Source: Armatimonadota bacterium (GTDB lineage: Bacteria; Armatimonadota; SYMT01). Taken from it: a stretch of 64,000 nt of DNA. The position numbers and the translations under genes were made by a program. Each line of letters begins with the position of its first letter. Within the stretch, counting starts at the first letter, position 1. A model generated the notes under the pieces. The model saw only the letters and a program-made list of their open reading frames with translations. It did no database searches and was not told the DNA's origin. Below are positions 45,512 to 55,105 of the stretch, piece by piece. Where the stretch lies: positions 592,342 to 656,341 of the forward strand of contig JAWLHY010000002.1 in NCBI GenBank assembly GCA_041690135.1, read 5' to 3'.

Positions 45512-47059
45512 TCAGGCCTTGCGGACGATGGCGGTGGGGTTGGCGGAGAAGAGTTGCCCCTTCTTGAACTTCTCGATCGTCTGATTGGCAGAAAGGGCGA
45601 AGACGATGGAGTAGAAGCAGGCCGCCAGGACCAATCCCAACTTCTTGAGCGGGGATGGCTGGAACTCCTTGGGCAGGAACCGGGAGTTCACGTACAGCGT
45701 GTGCAGGATGCAGCAGGTGATGGCCAGGTTCGCCAGGTTGGCGTTGAACACCATCATCTTCTGGGCCGGGATCTGGAACAGCGTCACCGTGATGCCGACC
45801 GTTACATACACCCCTACGAAGCCGTAGTAGAGCCACTTCACCTTGTGCGGCTCCGCCTGGTGGGCGCGACGGCTGCCGGACCAGATGGCGTCCGTCCAGC
45901 GACGCGCGATCCCGTCCATGGAGCTGAACTGGCCGGGGAAGAGGATGATAAACCCGCAGATGAGCGAGAGCACCAGGAAGATCTCGCCGTGCTTCGCGCC
46001 GAAGTCAATAGCCAGGGTCGCCGCGGCTTGGAGTTCCGCGGTCTTCTTCCCGAAGTAGTTGTTCTGGATGACGTAAGCGCCGAGCACGCACGGCAGCATC
46101 ATGCCGATGATGCTGCCGATGGTCCAGAGCCCAAACTGGTCGACCTTGATGTGCGTCATCCAGCGGTCGAACCGATCTTTGTTTTCGGCGGTCGGCCGGG
46201 CCATTGTGCCGATGTTGTCGAGGGTGACCCCCTTGCCCCCGAAGGCGGACCCGATGGCGCCGACCTTGGCGCCCATGCCCCAGCCCTTTTCACGGACAAA
46301 GTTGCTGGCGAGGATATTGCCGAAGCCGCCGATACCCGCCAATCCGGCTACGGCGCCTACGAGGTCCCAGCGAATGCCTTCCCCTTCGAGGCCCGCGGGC
46401 ACCGGTTTGAAGGGGTTGATCATGCCGGTGACCACCTCGCCCCACACGCTCAACGGTACGAACACGACGGTGACGAACAACAAATAGAAGAGGACGAAGA
46501 GTACTTTTCCGCCGAGTACGACTTCCAGCGTGTTGTAGATCTTGCCGCCGAAGCAGAGGAGAAAGCCGCAGAACAGCAGGATCCCGCAGGCCGTGAAGCT
46601 CGTTGCTTCCTGGGTAGGCGTGGCGCGGGTTACGGTGAAAATCAAGATCTGTGCGGCAAGCCCTGCCAGGGCCGGCATCCAGGAAAGAGAGTCCAGGAAC
46701 AGGTACCAGATGAGCCAGAACCGGGGACCCGGCTTACTCCGCATGAAGCCGGTGAACATCGGCTCGCCCGTGGCCAGGGTGTAGCGCATAACCTCGGTGT
46801 TCAGCATGACCTGACACAGCACCGCCAGTGGTGCTACCCAGAGATATGCGCCCCGGTAAAGGGCTGCAACGCCCGCACCGATCACCCATTCTCCCGTACC
46901 AATCGTTCCGCCGATCATCACCAGGCCAGGACCGAGGAGTGCCAGGATGTTCTTCCATCCGAACGGCACCGGCGCCGGCATGTCGTCGACTTTCCAGCCC
47001 GGAAGACAGCCGGGATCTACCGGGGGCTTCTCAGGCACGCTTGCACTCGTCGCTTGCAC
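45512..47059 (-). CDS. Nramp/APC-superfamily-like membrane transporter
   Basis: About 11 TM helices; LGPGLV..GGTIGTGEW, RYTLATGE, REKGWGMG. Confidence 0.8.
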   Translation of the reverse strand: MQATSASVPEKPPVDPGCLPGWKVDDMPAPVPFGWKNILALLGPGLVMIGGTIGTGEWVIGAGVAALYRGAYLWVAPLAVLCQVMLNTEVMRYTLATGEPMFTGFMRSKPGPRFWLIWYLFLDSLSWMPALAGLAAQILIFTVTRATPTQEATSFTACGILLFCGFLLCFGGKIYNTLEVVLGGKVLFVLFYLLFVTVVFVPLSVWGEVVTGMINPFKPVPAGLEGEGIRWDLVGAVAGLAGIGGFGNILASNFVREKGWGMGAKVGAIGSAFGGKGVTLDNIGTMARPTAENKDRFDRWMTHIKVDQFGLWTIGSIIGMMLPCVLGAYVIQNNYFGKKTAELQAAATLAIDFGAKHGEIFLVLSLICGFIILFPGQFSSMDGIARRWTDAIWSGSRRAHQAEPHKVKWLYYGFVGVYVTVGITVTLFQIPAQKMMVFNANLANLAITCCILHTLYVNSRFLPKEFQPSPLKKLGLVLAACFYSIVFALSANQTIEKFKKGQLFSANPTAIVRKA

Positions 47060-47214
47060 AACAACTCCCTCGTTACGGCAGCTCAATCGGGATCAACAAC
47101 ACCCGCCCGGCGCCGCACCTGTTATTTACGCAGCTAATAGCCCGAGATTCCTTCTTGAGGTGGAGTTTCGGGCCTTAAGCAGGCGGGGCCACACCTCAAC
47201 GCGTGGCCCCGAGG

Positions 47215-49359
47215 TTACGGGCGTGGCCGGACGTAGAAGTCGGCGCCGGAGGGCACCTTGGTCACGAAGGCGTCGGAGCGTCCGCGCCGGCCCGTGTTGG
47301 GGATTGTATTGGGAAAGCCGTGGGAGTCCGTGGCGCCGGTGACGTAGAAATAGCCGTACCGATCCACGGCGATGCCACGTCCCTGGTCTGGACCCTCGCC
47401 GCCGAGATAAGTGCTGTGGAGCACCTGGGTGCCGGGCGCGGTGACCTGCACGGCAAAGGCATCCTCAACGCCGCCGAACAGCATCTGCGCGCCGTACTTC
47501 ACGGGGAAGTCCGGCGAAGTCGACTGGCCGGTCAGGTAGATGTTGTCGTAGGGATCGAGGACGACGCGGTTGCCCTGGTCCAGGTCGCTGCCTCCCAGAA
47601 GGGTGGAGTGGACTAGCGATCGACCGGCGCGGTCGATGCGGGCCAGGAAGGCGTCCCGCGCGCCGCCGAGGGCGGATTGCAGCGGGAGTTGGAGGGGGAA
47701 CTTCTTGGAACCGGTCCAGCCGGTGACGACCGCGCCGCGGCGGATGTCTTCCACAATGTCGAGGGCGGCTTCGTCGCCGGCGTCGCCCAGGTAGGTGGAG
47801 TAGACGATCTGCCGCCCGGTCCCATTCAGCTTCGTGATGAAAGCGTCGCTGGACCCTTTCAGCGCAGACTGCATCGCATTTTTCACCGGGAAGTCCGCGC
47901 TGGCGGTTTGTCCGCAGAGAAAGAGGCCGCCCTTCCCCAGGCCAACACCCCAGATGCCATCGTCCGCTGCGCCGCCCAGGTAGGTGGAAAGGGATGCTCC
48001 GCCGCTTCCAGCGGTAGCGATCGCCAGGAACCCGTCCGTCCCGCCGCCGTACTCCTGAAGCGGTCGTCGGAGCGGAAAGTCCGGAGAGTCGGTTACCCCC
48101 ACCACGTAGACCCGTCCGGAACCGGTAGCGGCCAGGTCGCGAATGTAGTCGTCCCCGCTGCCCCCAATGTAGGTGGAGCGGGTGATCAGCCTTCCGTTGC
48201 GGTGGAGTTGGAGATGGAACCCATCCACGCCGCCACCGGGACCCTGACCCCTGCGCACCAGGGGAAAGTCCGGGGAGTCCGTGTTTCCGGCGATACAGAG
48301 ATGCCCTCCGCGGGCCAGGGTAAGGCCGATGCCCGTATCGTTGCCGCTGCCCCCGATGAAGGTCGTGAAAAGCGGGGTGCGTCCTCGCGGGTCCAGCTTG
48401 ACCACGAATACATCCGACTCGGGTTTGCCGTCCTTGGTGCCGGCCGGAAACGCGGTGGAAAACGTCTCCCCTACAACGTAGGCATTGAGGCTGCTGTCCA
48501 GCGCGATCGCGTTCCCGGCATCGTGGGCGAGACCGCCGACAAAGGTGGAATAGGCCAGCTTGTGGGCGTTGGGCGTGCGGACCACCGGATCGATCACCAG
48601 GCGCGAGCCGGGATCGTAAGCGCCAAGTTGGAAGCCGACGGTGTCCCCTTCGAGCCGGTAGTTGCAGGCGATCCGTTTCCGAACCCCCTTCGTTTCCTGG
48701 TAGGCGAAGGGTGCCAGGTGCCGGATTTCTCCGGCAGGAGTGTCCAATACCAGATCGCCGGCCGGATCGACGCGCGGGCGGTCGGCGCCGTCGAACCGCA
48801 GCTTTACCTGGTACGGATCTCCCCCCGGCGCCACGACGAAGTCGTACTCAAGGGACCCGTTGCGTCCGTAGTAATCCAGGTCCACGCGCGGGTAGACGGC
48901 TGCATAGCCCACGCGGGCGAAGGTGGGGACTTCCGTCCGCCACTTCCGCGGATCGTTGCCGATCAGGTAGTTCACCCGGCCGGGTAATTCCGCGCCCCGA
49001 CGACGGTCGGGAGCCCGATTGGCGCCCACCAGGCGCATCCGTACGGTAGCGGTCCGGCCCGCGTCCCGGCCCGCCTTCGGCGCGCCCGGTCTATCCGGGG
49101 AACGTACCGTCAGAGCCATTCCTCCGCGGCTGAAGTAAGCGCCAAAGTCTCGTCCGCGCGCCAGGAAGTCGACGCCGGAGCTTGCCTGGCCCACGTTGGG
49201 TTCGAACGCCACGGGGAGGGTGAGCGGAACGGGGGCGCTATGTTTCGCGGGCGCGGTGGTCCCGTAGGGGAGCGGGGAAACGCAGGGGGACTGGCCGGCG
49301 AGGGTGGCGCCGGATAGAAGCAGCAGGGATAGCGGTCGATACTGCGGCCGCGGGGTCAT
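47215..49359 (-). CDS. Secreted SBBP (beta-propeller) repeat protein
   Basis: FEPNVGQ, NYLIGNDP.KW, EYDFVVAPGGDP, LVIDP; repeats YSTYLGG...D....IA.D...YVTG.T.S.DFP. Confidence 0.92.
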   Translation of the reverse strand: MTPRPQYRPLSLLLLSGATLAGQSPCVSPLPYGTTAPAKHSAPVPLTLPVAFEPNVGQASSGVDFLARGRDFGAYFSRGGMALTVRSPDRPGAPKAGRDAGRTATVRMRLVGANRAPDRRRGAELPGRVNYLIGNDPRKWRTEVPTFARVGYAAVYPRVDLDYYGRNGSLEYDFVVAPGGDPYQVKLRFDGADRPRVDPAGDLVLDTPAGEIRHLAPFAYQETKGVRKRIACNYRLEGDTVGFQLGAYDPGSRLVIDPVVRTPNAHKLAYSTFVGGLAHDAGNAIALDSSLNAYVVGETFSTAFPAGTKDGKPESDVFVVKLDPRGRTPLFTTFIGGSGNDTGIGLTLARGGHLCIAGNTDSPDFPLVRRGQGPGGGVDGFHLQLHRNGRLITRSTYIGGSGDDYIRDLAATGSGRVYVVGVTDSPDFPLRRPLQEYGGGTDGFLAIATAGSGGASLSTYLGGAADDGIWGVGLGKGGLFLCGQTASADFPVKNAMQSALKGSSDAFITKLNGTGRQIVYSTYLGDAGDEAALDIVEDIRRGAVVTGWTGSKKFPLQLPLQSALGGARDAFLARIDRAGRSLVHSTLLGGSDLDQGNRVVLDPYDNIYLTGQSTSPDFPVKYGAQMLFGGVEDAFAVQVTAPGTQVLHSTYLGGEGPDQGRGIAVDRYGYFYVTGATDSHGFPNTIPNTGRRGRSDAFVTKVPSGADFYVRPRP

Positions 49360-49521
49360 CACGGAAATCCTCCGGCAGGGCGCGGGCCGCTCTACCGGAG
49401 GCTCCCCTGTGGGCAGGCCCGGTACCAACGAGGCAAGCGCTGACTGCTACAGGAGCAGCTTATCGCTTCTCCTCCCGGAATCCTCCGTGTTCACCGGATT
49501 CCCAGCCTGGGCTACGGTGCA

Positions 49522-50667
49522 TTACCATTCTTTGGGGAGGGCGACCTCGCGCCGGCGCCAATCGTGCAGCACCTGCGCCACCCGCTCTCGGAGCGTGGCG
49601 CGTTTGGGAGCGAGAGCCGGCATCACGCGTGGCGGTTTCGGCCCGACGGCACACGCCTGCGCCAGGTGTTCCGGCTTCACGCCAAGGTCGTAAGGGTCAC
49701 GTCCCTTGCCGTAACGGATGGCATAGAACCCGTCGCCCCCCACGAACCGGGCGTCCGGCTGCAGCATGAGCTCGTTGGCGAGCCAGGGAATCCACTGGCG
49801 TTCGGCCAGGCTCTGCGGTCCGTTGAAGGCGAGGACCCAGGCGGTCCCCTCCTGGCCCACCTTTTCCGTGAAGTCCAGCACGCGGGCGTTGATGTAGCCC
49901 TGTCGCGGGAGATACCGCTTCCAATCGGGGCTGACCCGGAGCCGTAGCGGCGCCTGCCGGCGCTCCTGGCGGCGCAGCCGTTCCAGGATCAGCTCGGGAC
50001 TTCCGCCGCCGTCCAGGTCCGCGGCGTCCATGGCCTCCAGCAGCCGGGAGAGATTCCGCCGCATGGCCGCTGTGGTGTTTGCCGAGAGGGGTCCGAAGGT
50101 CTTGCTGCCGTGGTGCAGCACGTCCCATCCGGTGAGCCAGGCCAGGCCGTAGCCCCGGCGCCAGCATTGCAAAGTGGTAAAAGCCTCGTCGTAGCCGTAG
50201 CCGCTCATGGTCTCCGGCATGCCGCCCCAGGAACGGAAAGCGCTCGGGCGCACGGCCCAGCAGGCTCCGTTGATTCCGCCCTCGACGAACTCCAGATCGG
50301 CCTCACCCGCGGGCCGCCCCGGATTGAGCACCGCCAGCAGCGGCCAGTCCCGGAACGCCGCTTCCAGGCGAGCCAGGTCGCCCTCGGAGCGGAACTGGAG
50401 GTCGTTATTGGCGACGATCCAGACGTCCCCGCCGGCGACTGCTGCTCCGGCATTAACGGCGGCGCAGTAGTTGAACGGCTCGGAGCGGAAGGAAACGACC
50501 CGCGCGCCGATCTCGCGACAGAATTCGGCGGTGCCATCGGTGCTGCCGGAATCGACGATGATCCACTCCACCGCACTCTCGGGGTTGCCCCGTCGGACGC
50601 TTTCGACCAGTTCGCGCGTGTAGCTGAGACCGTTCAGGACCGGCACGATAAACGAGATCACACTCAA
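49522..50667 (-). CDS. Glycosyltransferase family 2
   Basis: ISFIVPVLN, IVDSGSTDGT, NY.AAVNAGA, NND, GAC, VLHHGS.T. Confidence 0.88.
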   Translation of the reverse strand: MSVISFIVPVLNGLSYTRELVESVRRGNPESAVEWIIVDSGSTDGTAEFCREIGARVVSFRSEPFNYCAAVNAGAAVAGGDVWIVANNDLQFRSEGDLARLEAAFRDWPLLAVLNPGRPAGEADLEFVEGGINGACWAVRPSAFRSWGGMPETMSGYGYDEAFTTLQCWRRGYGLAWLTGWDVLHHGSKTFGPLSANTTAAMRRNLSRLLEAMDAADLDGGGSPELILERLRRQERRQAPLRLRVSPDWKRYLPRQGYINARVLDFTEKVGQEGTAWVLAFNGPQSLAERQWIPWLANELMLQPDARFVGGDGFYAIRYGKGRDPYDLGVKPEHLAQACAVGPKPPRVMPALAPKRATLRERVAQVLHDWRRREVALPKEW

Positions 50668-50756
50668 CCTCTATTGCGTTCTGCGCATTCCGGAATACCG
50701 CCGCTTCCGGAACATCTAAGCTGCCAATAGAGGTTCCGTTTGTCAAGCCTCCGCCG

Positions 50757-51575
50757 CTACCCCGTGCGGTTGCAGTGCACGATTTCCACGGCTGCCCGGA
50801 ACTGGTCCGGGCTTGGCGTGCACTCCGCCATCAGGGCCAGTTTCCGCGCGGCTGCCGCGGGATCCTGAAGCACGTCTTCATAGTGAAGTTCCAGATAGGC
50901 GCGGGAAAGACGCATCGCACGGTTGCATTCCGCGACGTAGGCACTGCAGAGGTACCGGCAGTATGCGGGGTCCAGGCAAGGATCGGGCGGAAGTGCAGGC
51001 AGGATTCCCAGCCGGCGGGCGTTGGCCTTGATCCGGGCCACCGCGGACAACGTGGAAGGGGAGGGGGTACCGGACTGCGCCCAGTGGAGTGCCCGCCGGT
51101 GCAGACTGGCGACCACGGCTTCCGGGTCTCGCCGGACGTGAATGACGCGCGCATCGGGGAACAGGTCCAGCCAGAGGGGAAGCGTCACGCTGTTTCGCGG
51201 GTCTTTCCATCCCCAAGGGCCGGAATAGGCGGCCGGCACGGGACTTAGGAAACTGTCCAGCAGAGAGCCGTAGGTAGCCCGCTGGAGAGCCAATTGCGCG
51301 AGCGTTCGAAACGCGGGGCGATCGCGCTTGTGGAGAAACGGGTCCACCCGAGACCAGGTCGCACGGGCTCCGCGCAACAGCATCTCGTTGAGCCGGAAGA
51401 AGGTAGCCGCCTCGGCGTAGCCATTGAGCCGGCACTCCGCGCCGGGTGCGCCGAGCAGTGCACCCGGCACGGCGGCACACTCCGGACCGATGTATACACC
51501 CAGAGCGCCGAGCATCGCCGCCGCCATGCTCGTCCCGGAGCGGTGCATCCCAATAATGATGACCGGCGGATTCAT
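50757..51575 (-). CDS. Sulfotransferase family protein
   Basis: IIGMHRSGTS (5'-PSB loop), WGWKDPR, RDP..V..SL (3'-PB), YED...DP. Confidence 0.88.
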   Translation of the reverse strand: MNPPVIIIGMHRSGTSMAAAMLGALGVYIGPECAAVPGALLGAPGAECRLNGYAEAATFFRLNEMLLRGARATWSRVDPFLHKRDRPAFRTLAQLALQRATYGSLLDSFLSPVPAAYSGPWGWKDPRNSVTLPLWLDLFPDARVIHVRRDPEAVVASLHRRALHWAQSGTPSPSTLSAVARIKANARRLGILPALPPDPCLDPAYCRYLCSAYVAECNRAMRLSRAYLELHYEDVLQDPAAAARKLALMAECTPSPDQFRAAVEIVHCNRTG

Positions 51576-51901
51576 CCGTCGGAAACGGGGGTGAACACCG
51601 AGGGGCAGGACGGGCTCCGCGTTCCGGATTCCGAAAGACCCGAGCGGGAATGAGGCGGTCGGCTTCCGGGACCCAGATCGAGTCGGTTCGTGCACCACAA
51701 GTCTCCTCCGGGCGCGCGGAATTGCGCAGCGACAGAGGCCGCACGAAAGAGAGGCGGCGGCCGCTGGGGTGCCCGTGATCGAGGTCACCCCATGGCCACG
51801 GCAGCAAATGAGGCCGCATCGGTCTCCCGAAGCGTTCGAAGAAGGAGATGGTTCGTCCGTGGGAAAACGTCCTGGTGAGAAACGATACCCTCGTACTCTC
51901 A

Positions 51902-51933
51902 CCGGTCACAGGTCCGCCACGACCTGTGACCGG
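51902..51933. other. Perfect 13-bp stem-loop in the wzt-sulfotransferase spacer
   Basis: ccggtcacaggtc-cgccac-gacctgtgaccgg, without a U-tract. Confidence 0.5.
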
Positions 51934-52134
51934 GTCTCACCCGGCCGGAATCCTTCAGAACTCTGGCTTCCCCTGGTTCGTGCCTACCACGATTTCGGAC
52001 GTTCGATGTCTCTCTCCCATGCCAGCCCGGTAATGGGAGCCTTACTCTCCCGCGCCGGCGGAGCGTCACAGGACTTGTAGGCTTGTCCCTTTAGACGCTG
52101 GTCTTGCGGAGATGTTAAGAAAAACCGAACAAAT

Positions 52135-52881
52135 CTAAGGAGTATCTAAGTGGTGGGCGTGGGCGAGGTAGCGGTCGACCACCGTTTGCGGGTCGGCGTC
52201 GAGCCGAACCTTGCCGTGCTCCATCCAGACGGCCCGGGTGGCGACCCGCAGCACGTCCGTCATTTCGTGGGACACGAAGAGGAGGGTTCGGCCCTCGGCC
52301 TTGAGCGCGTCGATACGGGCGAAGCACTTTTCCTGGAACTCCTCATCCCCCACGGCCAGGGCCTCGTCGACGAGCAGGATCTCCGCGTCGGTATGCACCG
52401 CGATGGAGAAGCCCAGGCGCATGAACATACCCGAGCTGTAGGTGCGCATCGGGGCGTCGATGAACTGGCGCAGTTCGGCGAAATCGATCATGGCGTCCGC
52501 ACGCTCCGCGACCTGGCGGCGGGTCAGCCCGAGGATGACGCCGTTTAACTCGATGTTTTCGCGCCCGGTCAGCTCGGGATGGAAGCCGGCCCCCAACTCC
52601 AGAAGAGGCGCTACGCGGCCCCTCACGGCCAGGGTGCCGGAAGAGGGGAGATAGATCCGCCCCACGAGGCTAAGGAAGGTGCTCTTGCCCGAGCCGTTCC
52701 GGCCCACCAGCGCCACCGCTTCTCCGGGCTGGATGGCGAGGTCCAGGCCCTGAAGGGCGTTCACTTCCTGGCGCGTGTGCTTGCCGCGGGAGAGGAGCCG
52801 CGACTTCAGCGAGGCGGTGTGGAGCGACAGCACAAAGGTCTTGTGCAGGTCGCGGGCTTCGATGATCGGCTGGGTTCCCAT
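52135..52881 (-). CDS. wzt: Polysaccharide ABC exporter ATP-binding subunit, without a C-terminal CBM
   Basis: GRNGSGKST, ELGAGFHPELTGREN, YSSGM..RLGF, LLVDEALAVGD..FQ.KC, VSH. Confidence 0.93.
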   Translation of the reverse strand: MGTQPIIEARDLHKTFVLSLHTASLKSRLLSRGKHTRQEVNALQGLDLAIQPGEAVALVGRNGSGKSTFLSLVGRIYLPSSGTLAVRGRVAPLLELGAGFHPELTGRENIELNGVILGLTRRQVAERADAMIDFAELRQFIDAPMRTYSSGMFMRLGFSIAVHTDAEILLVDEALAVGDEEFQEKCFARIDALKAEGRTLLFVSHEMTDVLRVATRAVWMEHGKVRLDADPQTVVDRYLAHAHHLDTP

Positions 52882-53777
52882 TACGCCCGCTCCGCCAGTT
52901 TCCATTTGCGGGTGCAGAAGTAGCGGTAGCCCAGGACCAGGATGGCGAGGGAGGTCAGCATCGCGACTCCCAGGAATCCCCACTCGGCGCCGGTCATGGG
53001 TGGGGTGGCCACCGCCAGCCCTTTCTCATCCACCACGCCCAACATCTTGGTGGGTACCAGCGAAAGCTTCCGGAAGGCGGTGATAAATGCGGCCAGGGGA
53101 TTGAGCATGTAGAGCATGTAGGCCTCCCGGTTCCAGGTGAAGTCGTCCTTCATCAGGATCATGTCCGCCCAGTAGACCACCGGCACCATCCAGTAGAAGA
53201 TTTTGAGCCCGCTGTCGGCGATGAACCGGACGTCCTCGAAGTAGAGCGCCCACACGGAAATAATCATCGCCGCGCCGGTCACCAGCATCAGCAGTCCCAG
53301 CATCGGCAGCGGGATCAGAAGGACTGACCACTGGAGGGACCACTCGAACTTCTTCCCAAAGAGCATCCAGAAGAAGGCGTTGCCGGCCGTGTAGATCAGG
53401 AAGACGACGGTGGCGAGGAGAAAGTGCACCAGGTTGGCAGCGACGGTGGCCAGCGGTACCAGCTCGCGGGGGAAGTAGGTCCGGCGCATCAACTGGTGGT
53501 AGTTGAGCAGGGAAGCGGCGGAATCCATCATCGCCGTGCTGAAGAAAAGCCAGGGCAGCGTCGCGCAGAACGTGTAGAGGTGGTAGTTCTCCGGCTTGCT
53601 TCCTTTGGGCATCAGGAAGAGGATGGCGAAGGTGATGGTGAGCACCTGCAGCAGCGGGTTGACCATCGACCACCCGAACCCCAGCACGGAGTTCTTGTAG
53701 CGCACCTTGAGGTCCCGGCGCACGAAGATGTACAGCAGCTCCCGGTAGCGCCACAGTTCTCGCAGCTCGTTCAGCAT
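52881..53777 (-). CDS. wzm: Polysaccharide ABC exporter permease
   Basis: RDLKVRYKNSVLGFGWS..NPL, PWLFFS, YFPRE, NPL. TAATG coupling to wzt. Confidence 0.93.
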   Translation of the reverse strand: MLNELRELWRYRELLYIFVRRDLKVRYKNSVLGFGWSMVNPLLQVLTITFAILFLMPKGSKPENYHLYTFCATLPWLFFSTAMMDSAASLLNYHQLMRRTYFPRELVPLATVAANLVHFLLATVVFLIYTAGNAFFWMLFGKKFEWSLQWSVLLIPLPMLGLLMLVTGAAMIISVWALYFEDVRFIADSGLKIFYWMVPVVYWADMILMKDDFTWNREAYMLYMLNPLAAFITAFRKLSLVPTKMLGVVDEKGLAVATPPMTGAEWGFLGVAMLTSLAILVLGYRYFCTRKWKLAERA

Positions 53778-53842
53778 CTCATCCGGTTCCGCACTCCGGC
53801 CGCGCCCTGCGATCCCGCTCCCGCCCCGGCACCTCGCGCGTC

Positions 53843-53868
53843 CATACTCCCATACTCCCATGCTCCCA
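53843..53868. repeat. Octamer tandem repeat (CCATACTC)n
   Basis: ccatactcccatactcccatgctccc in the divergent spacer. Confidence 0.6.
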
Positions 53869-53962
53869 CCCGCCGGTTCCATCCGGAGCCGGGAACGGGA
53901 ACCGATCTCACGGGTTGTGCGATACTCTGGGGGGAGCATCGCGCTCACCCCTGACCTCACGG

Positions 53963-54646
53963 ATGGACTTGCCCATGGCTTCCGAACTCGAGTGGAACGC
54001 CCACTCCGTCACCGCGCTGCTCACCCCGCCAGGAAGCCGCGTCCTCGATATCGGGTGCGGATTCGGCAGTGTAGCGAAACGCCTGCAAGCGGCCGGCTGT
54101 GAAGTCATCGGGATTGAGCCCGACCCGGAGCGCCGTCAACAGGCCACGGCCTACTGTGCCCGCGTGCTGGACGGGACGGCTGAGGGACTGGATCAACTCG
54201 GACTGGACCCCGCCAGCTTCGATGTCATCCTGTTCACGGATGTGCTGGAGCACCTGGTGGACCCCTGGTCCACGCTGACAGCCGTCCTCCGCTACCTCAA
54301 GCCTGAGGGCCGCGTGGTCATCAGCATCCCGAACGTGGCCAACTTCGGGGCCCGCGTGAACCTGCTGAAAGGGCAGTTTCGCTACCAGCAGGCGGGTCTC
54401 TACGACCGCACCCACCTCCGGTTCTTCACCCGGGAGACGCTGGAGGAGATGGTCCGCGGGGCCGGCCTGCGCGTGGTGGAGTGGCACTATACCACGAACC
54501 TGACGGACACGCGGATCGTCCGCGGCACCGTCGGCCGCATCAAGCCGCTGTACTCGCTGGTTCGCCGTCTGGACCGGTGGTCCACCTACCGGGCCAACCG
54601 GCTGCTCTCGCTGCAGTTCGTGATCGCGTGCGAGCGTGAGGCGTAG
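53963..54646 (+). CDS. Class I SAM-dependent methyltransferase (glycan-locus type)
   Basis: VLDIGCGFG, FDVILFTDVLEHL.DP, SIPN, G.F.Y...GL.DRTHLRFFT. Confidence 0.9.
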   Translation: MDLPMASELEWNAHSVTALLTPPGSRVLDIGCGFGSVAKRLQAAGCEVIGIEPDPERRQQATAYCARVLDGTAEGLDQLGLDPASFDVILFTDVLEHLVDPWSTLTAVLRYLKPEGRVVISIPNVANFGARVNLLKGQFRYQQAGLYDRTHLRFFTRETLEEMVRGAGLRVVEWHYTTNLTDTRIVRGTVGRIKPLYSLVRRLDRWSTYRANRLLSLQFVIACEREA

Positions 54647-55105
54647 GGCATATTGCGTATTGCGCATCGCGTATTGCTCGTGCGGCAGGTGAGCGAGGGG
54701 GCGGGATTGCTGCCTCGTGCGTGATCCTCGTGCGGTGGGCGAGTGCACGGCCGCAACGGGTGCCTCGGATAGATGCAAGCGTGATACGTAAGCCGTAAGG
54801 GACGTGCAGGGGTGCTTGCTTGGAGCAGGGCGGGCCGCCTCGCATCAACGGAGAGCGTGGAACGTAAAACGTGAGGCTTGGGACGGGAAGGATAGCCTCT
54901 CACCGAGATCACCCCTGCGTGGCTACGGGTGGGCGAGTAAACTCGCGCCTACAAACAGCGAAGCCGACCTACGTCGGCTGTGGGGCGACGAACAAGGGCG
55001 GTTCAACCCGGAGTCCCGGAACTTGTAGTAGCTTGGCGGCTTCGCGGCTTGGCGCGAGGTATCGGCCGTTACAGCTTGGCGCGAGACAACAGCCGTAACG
55101 GGTGC

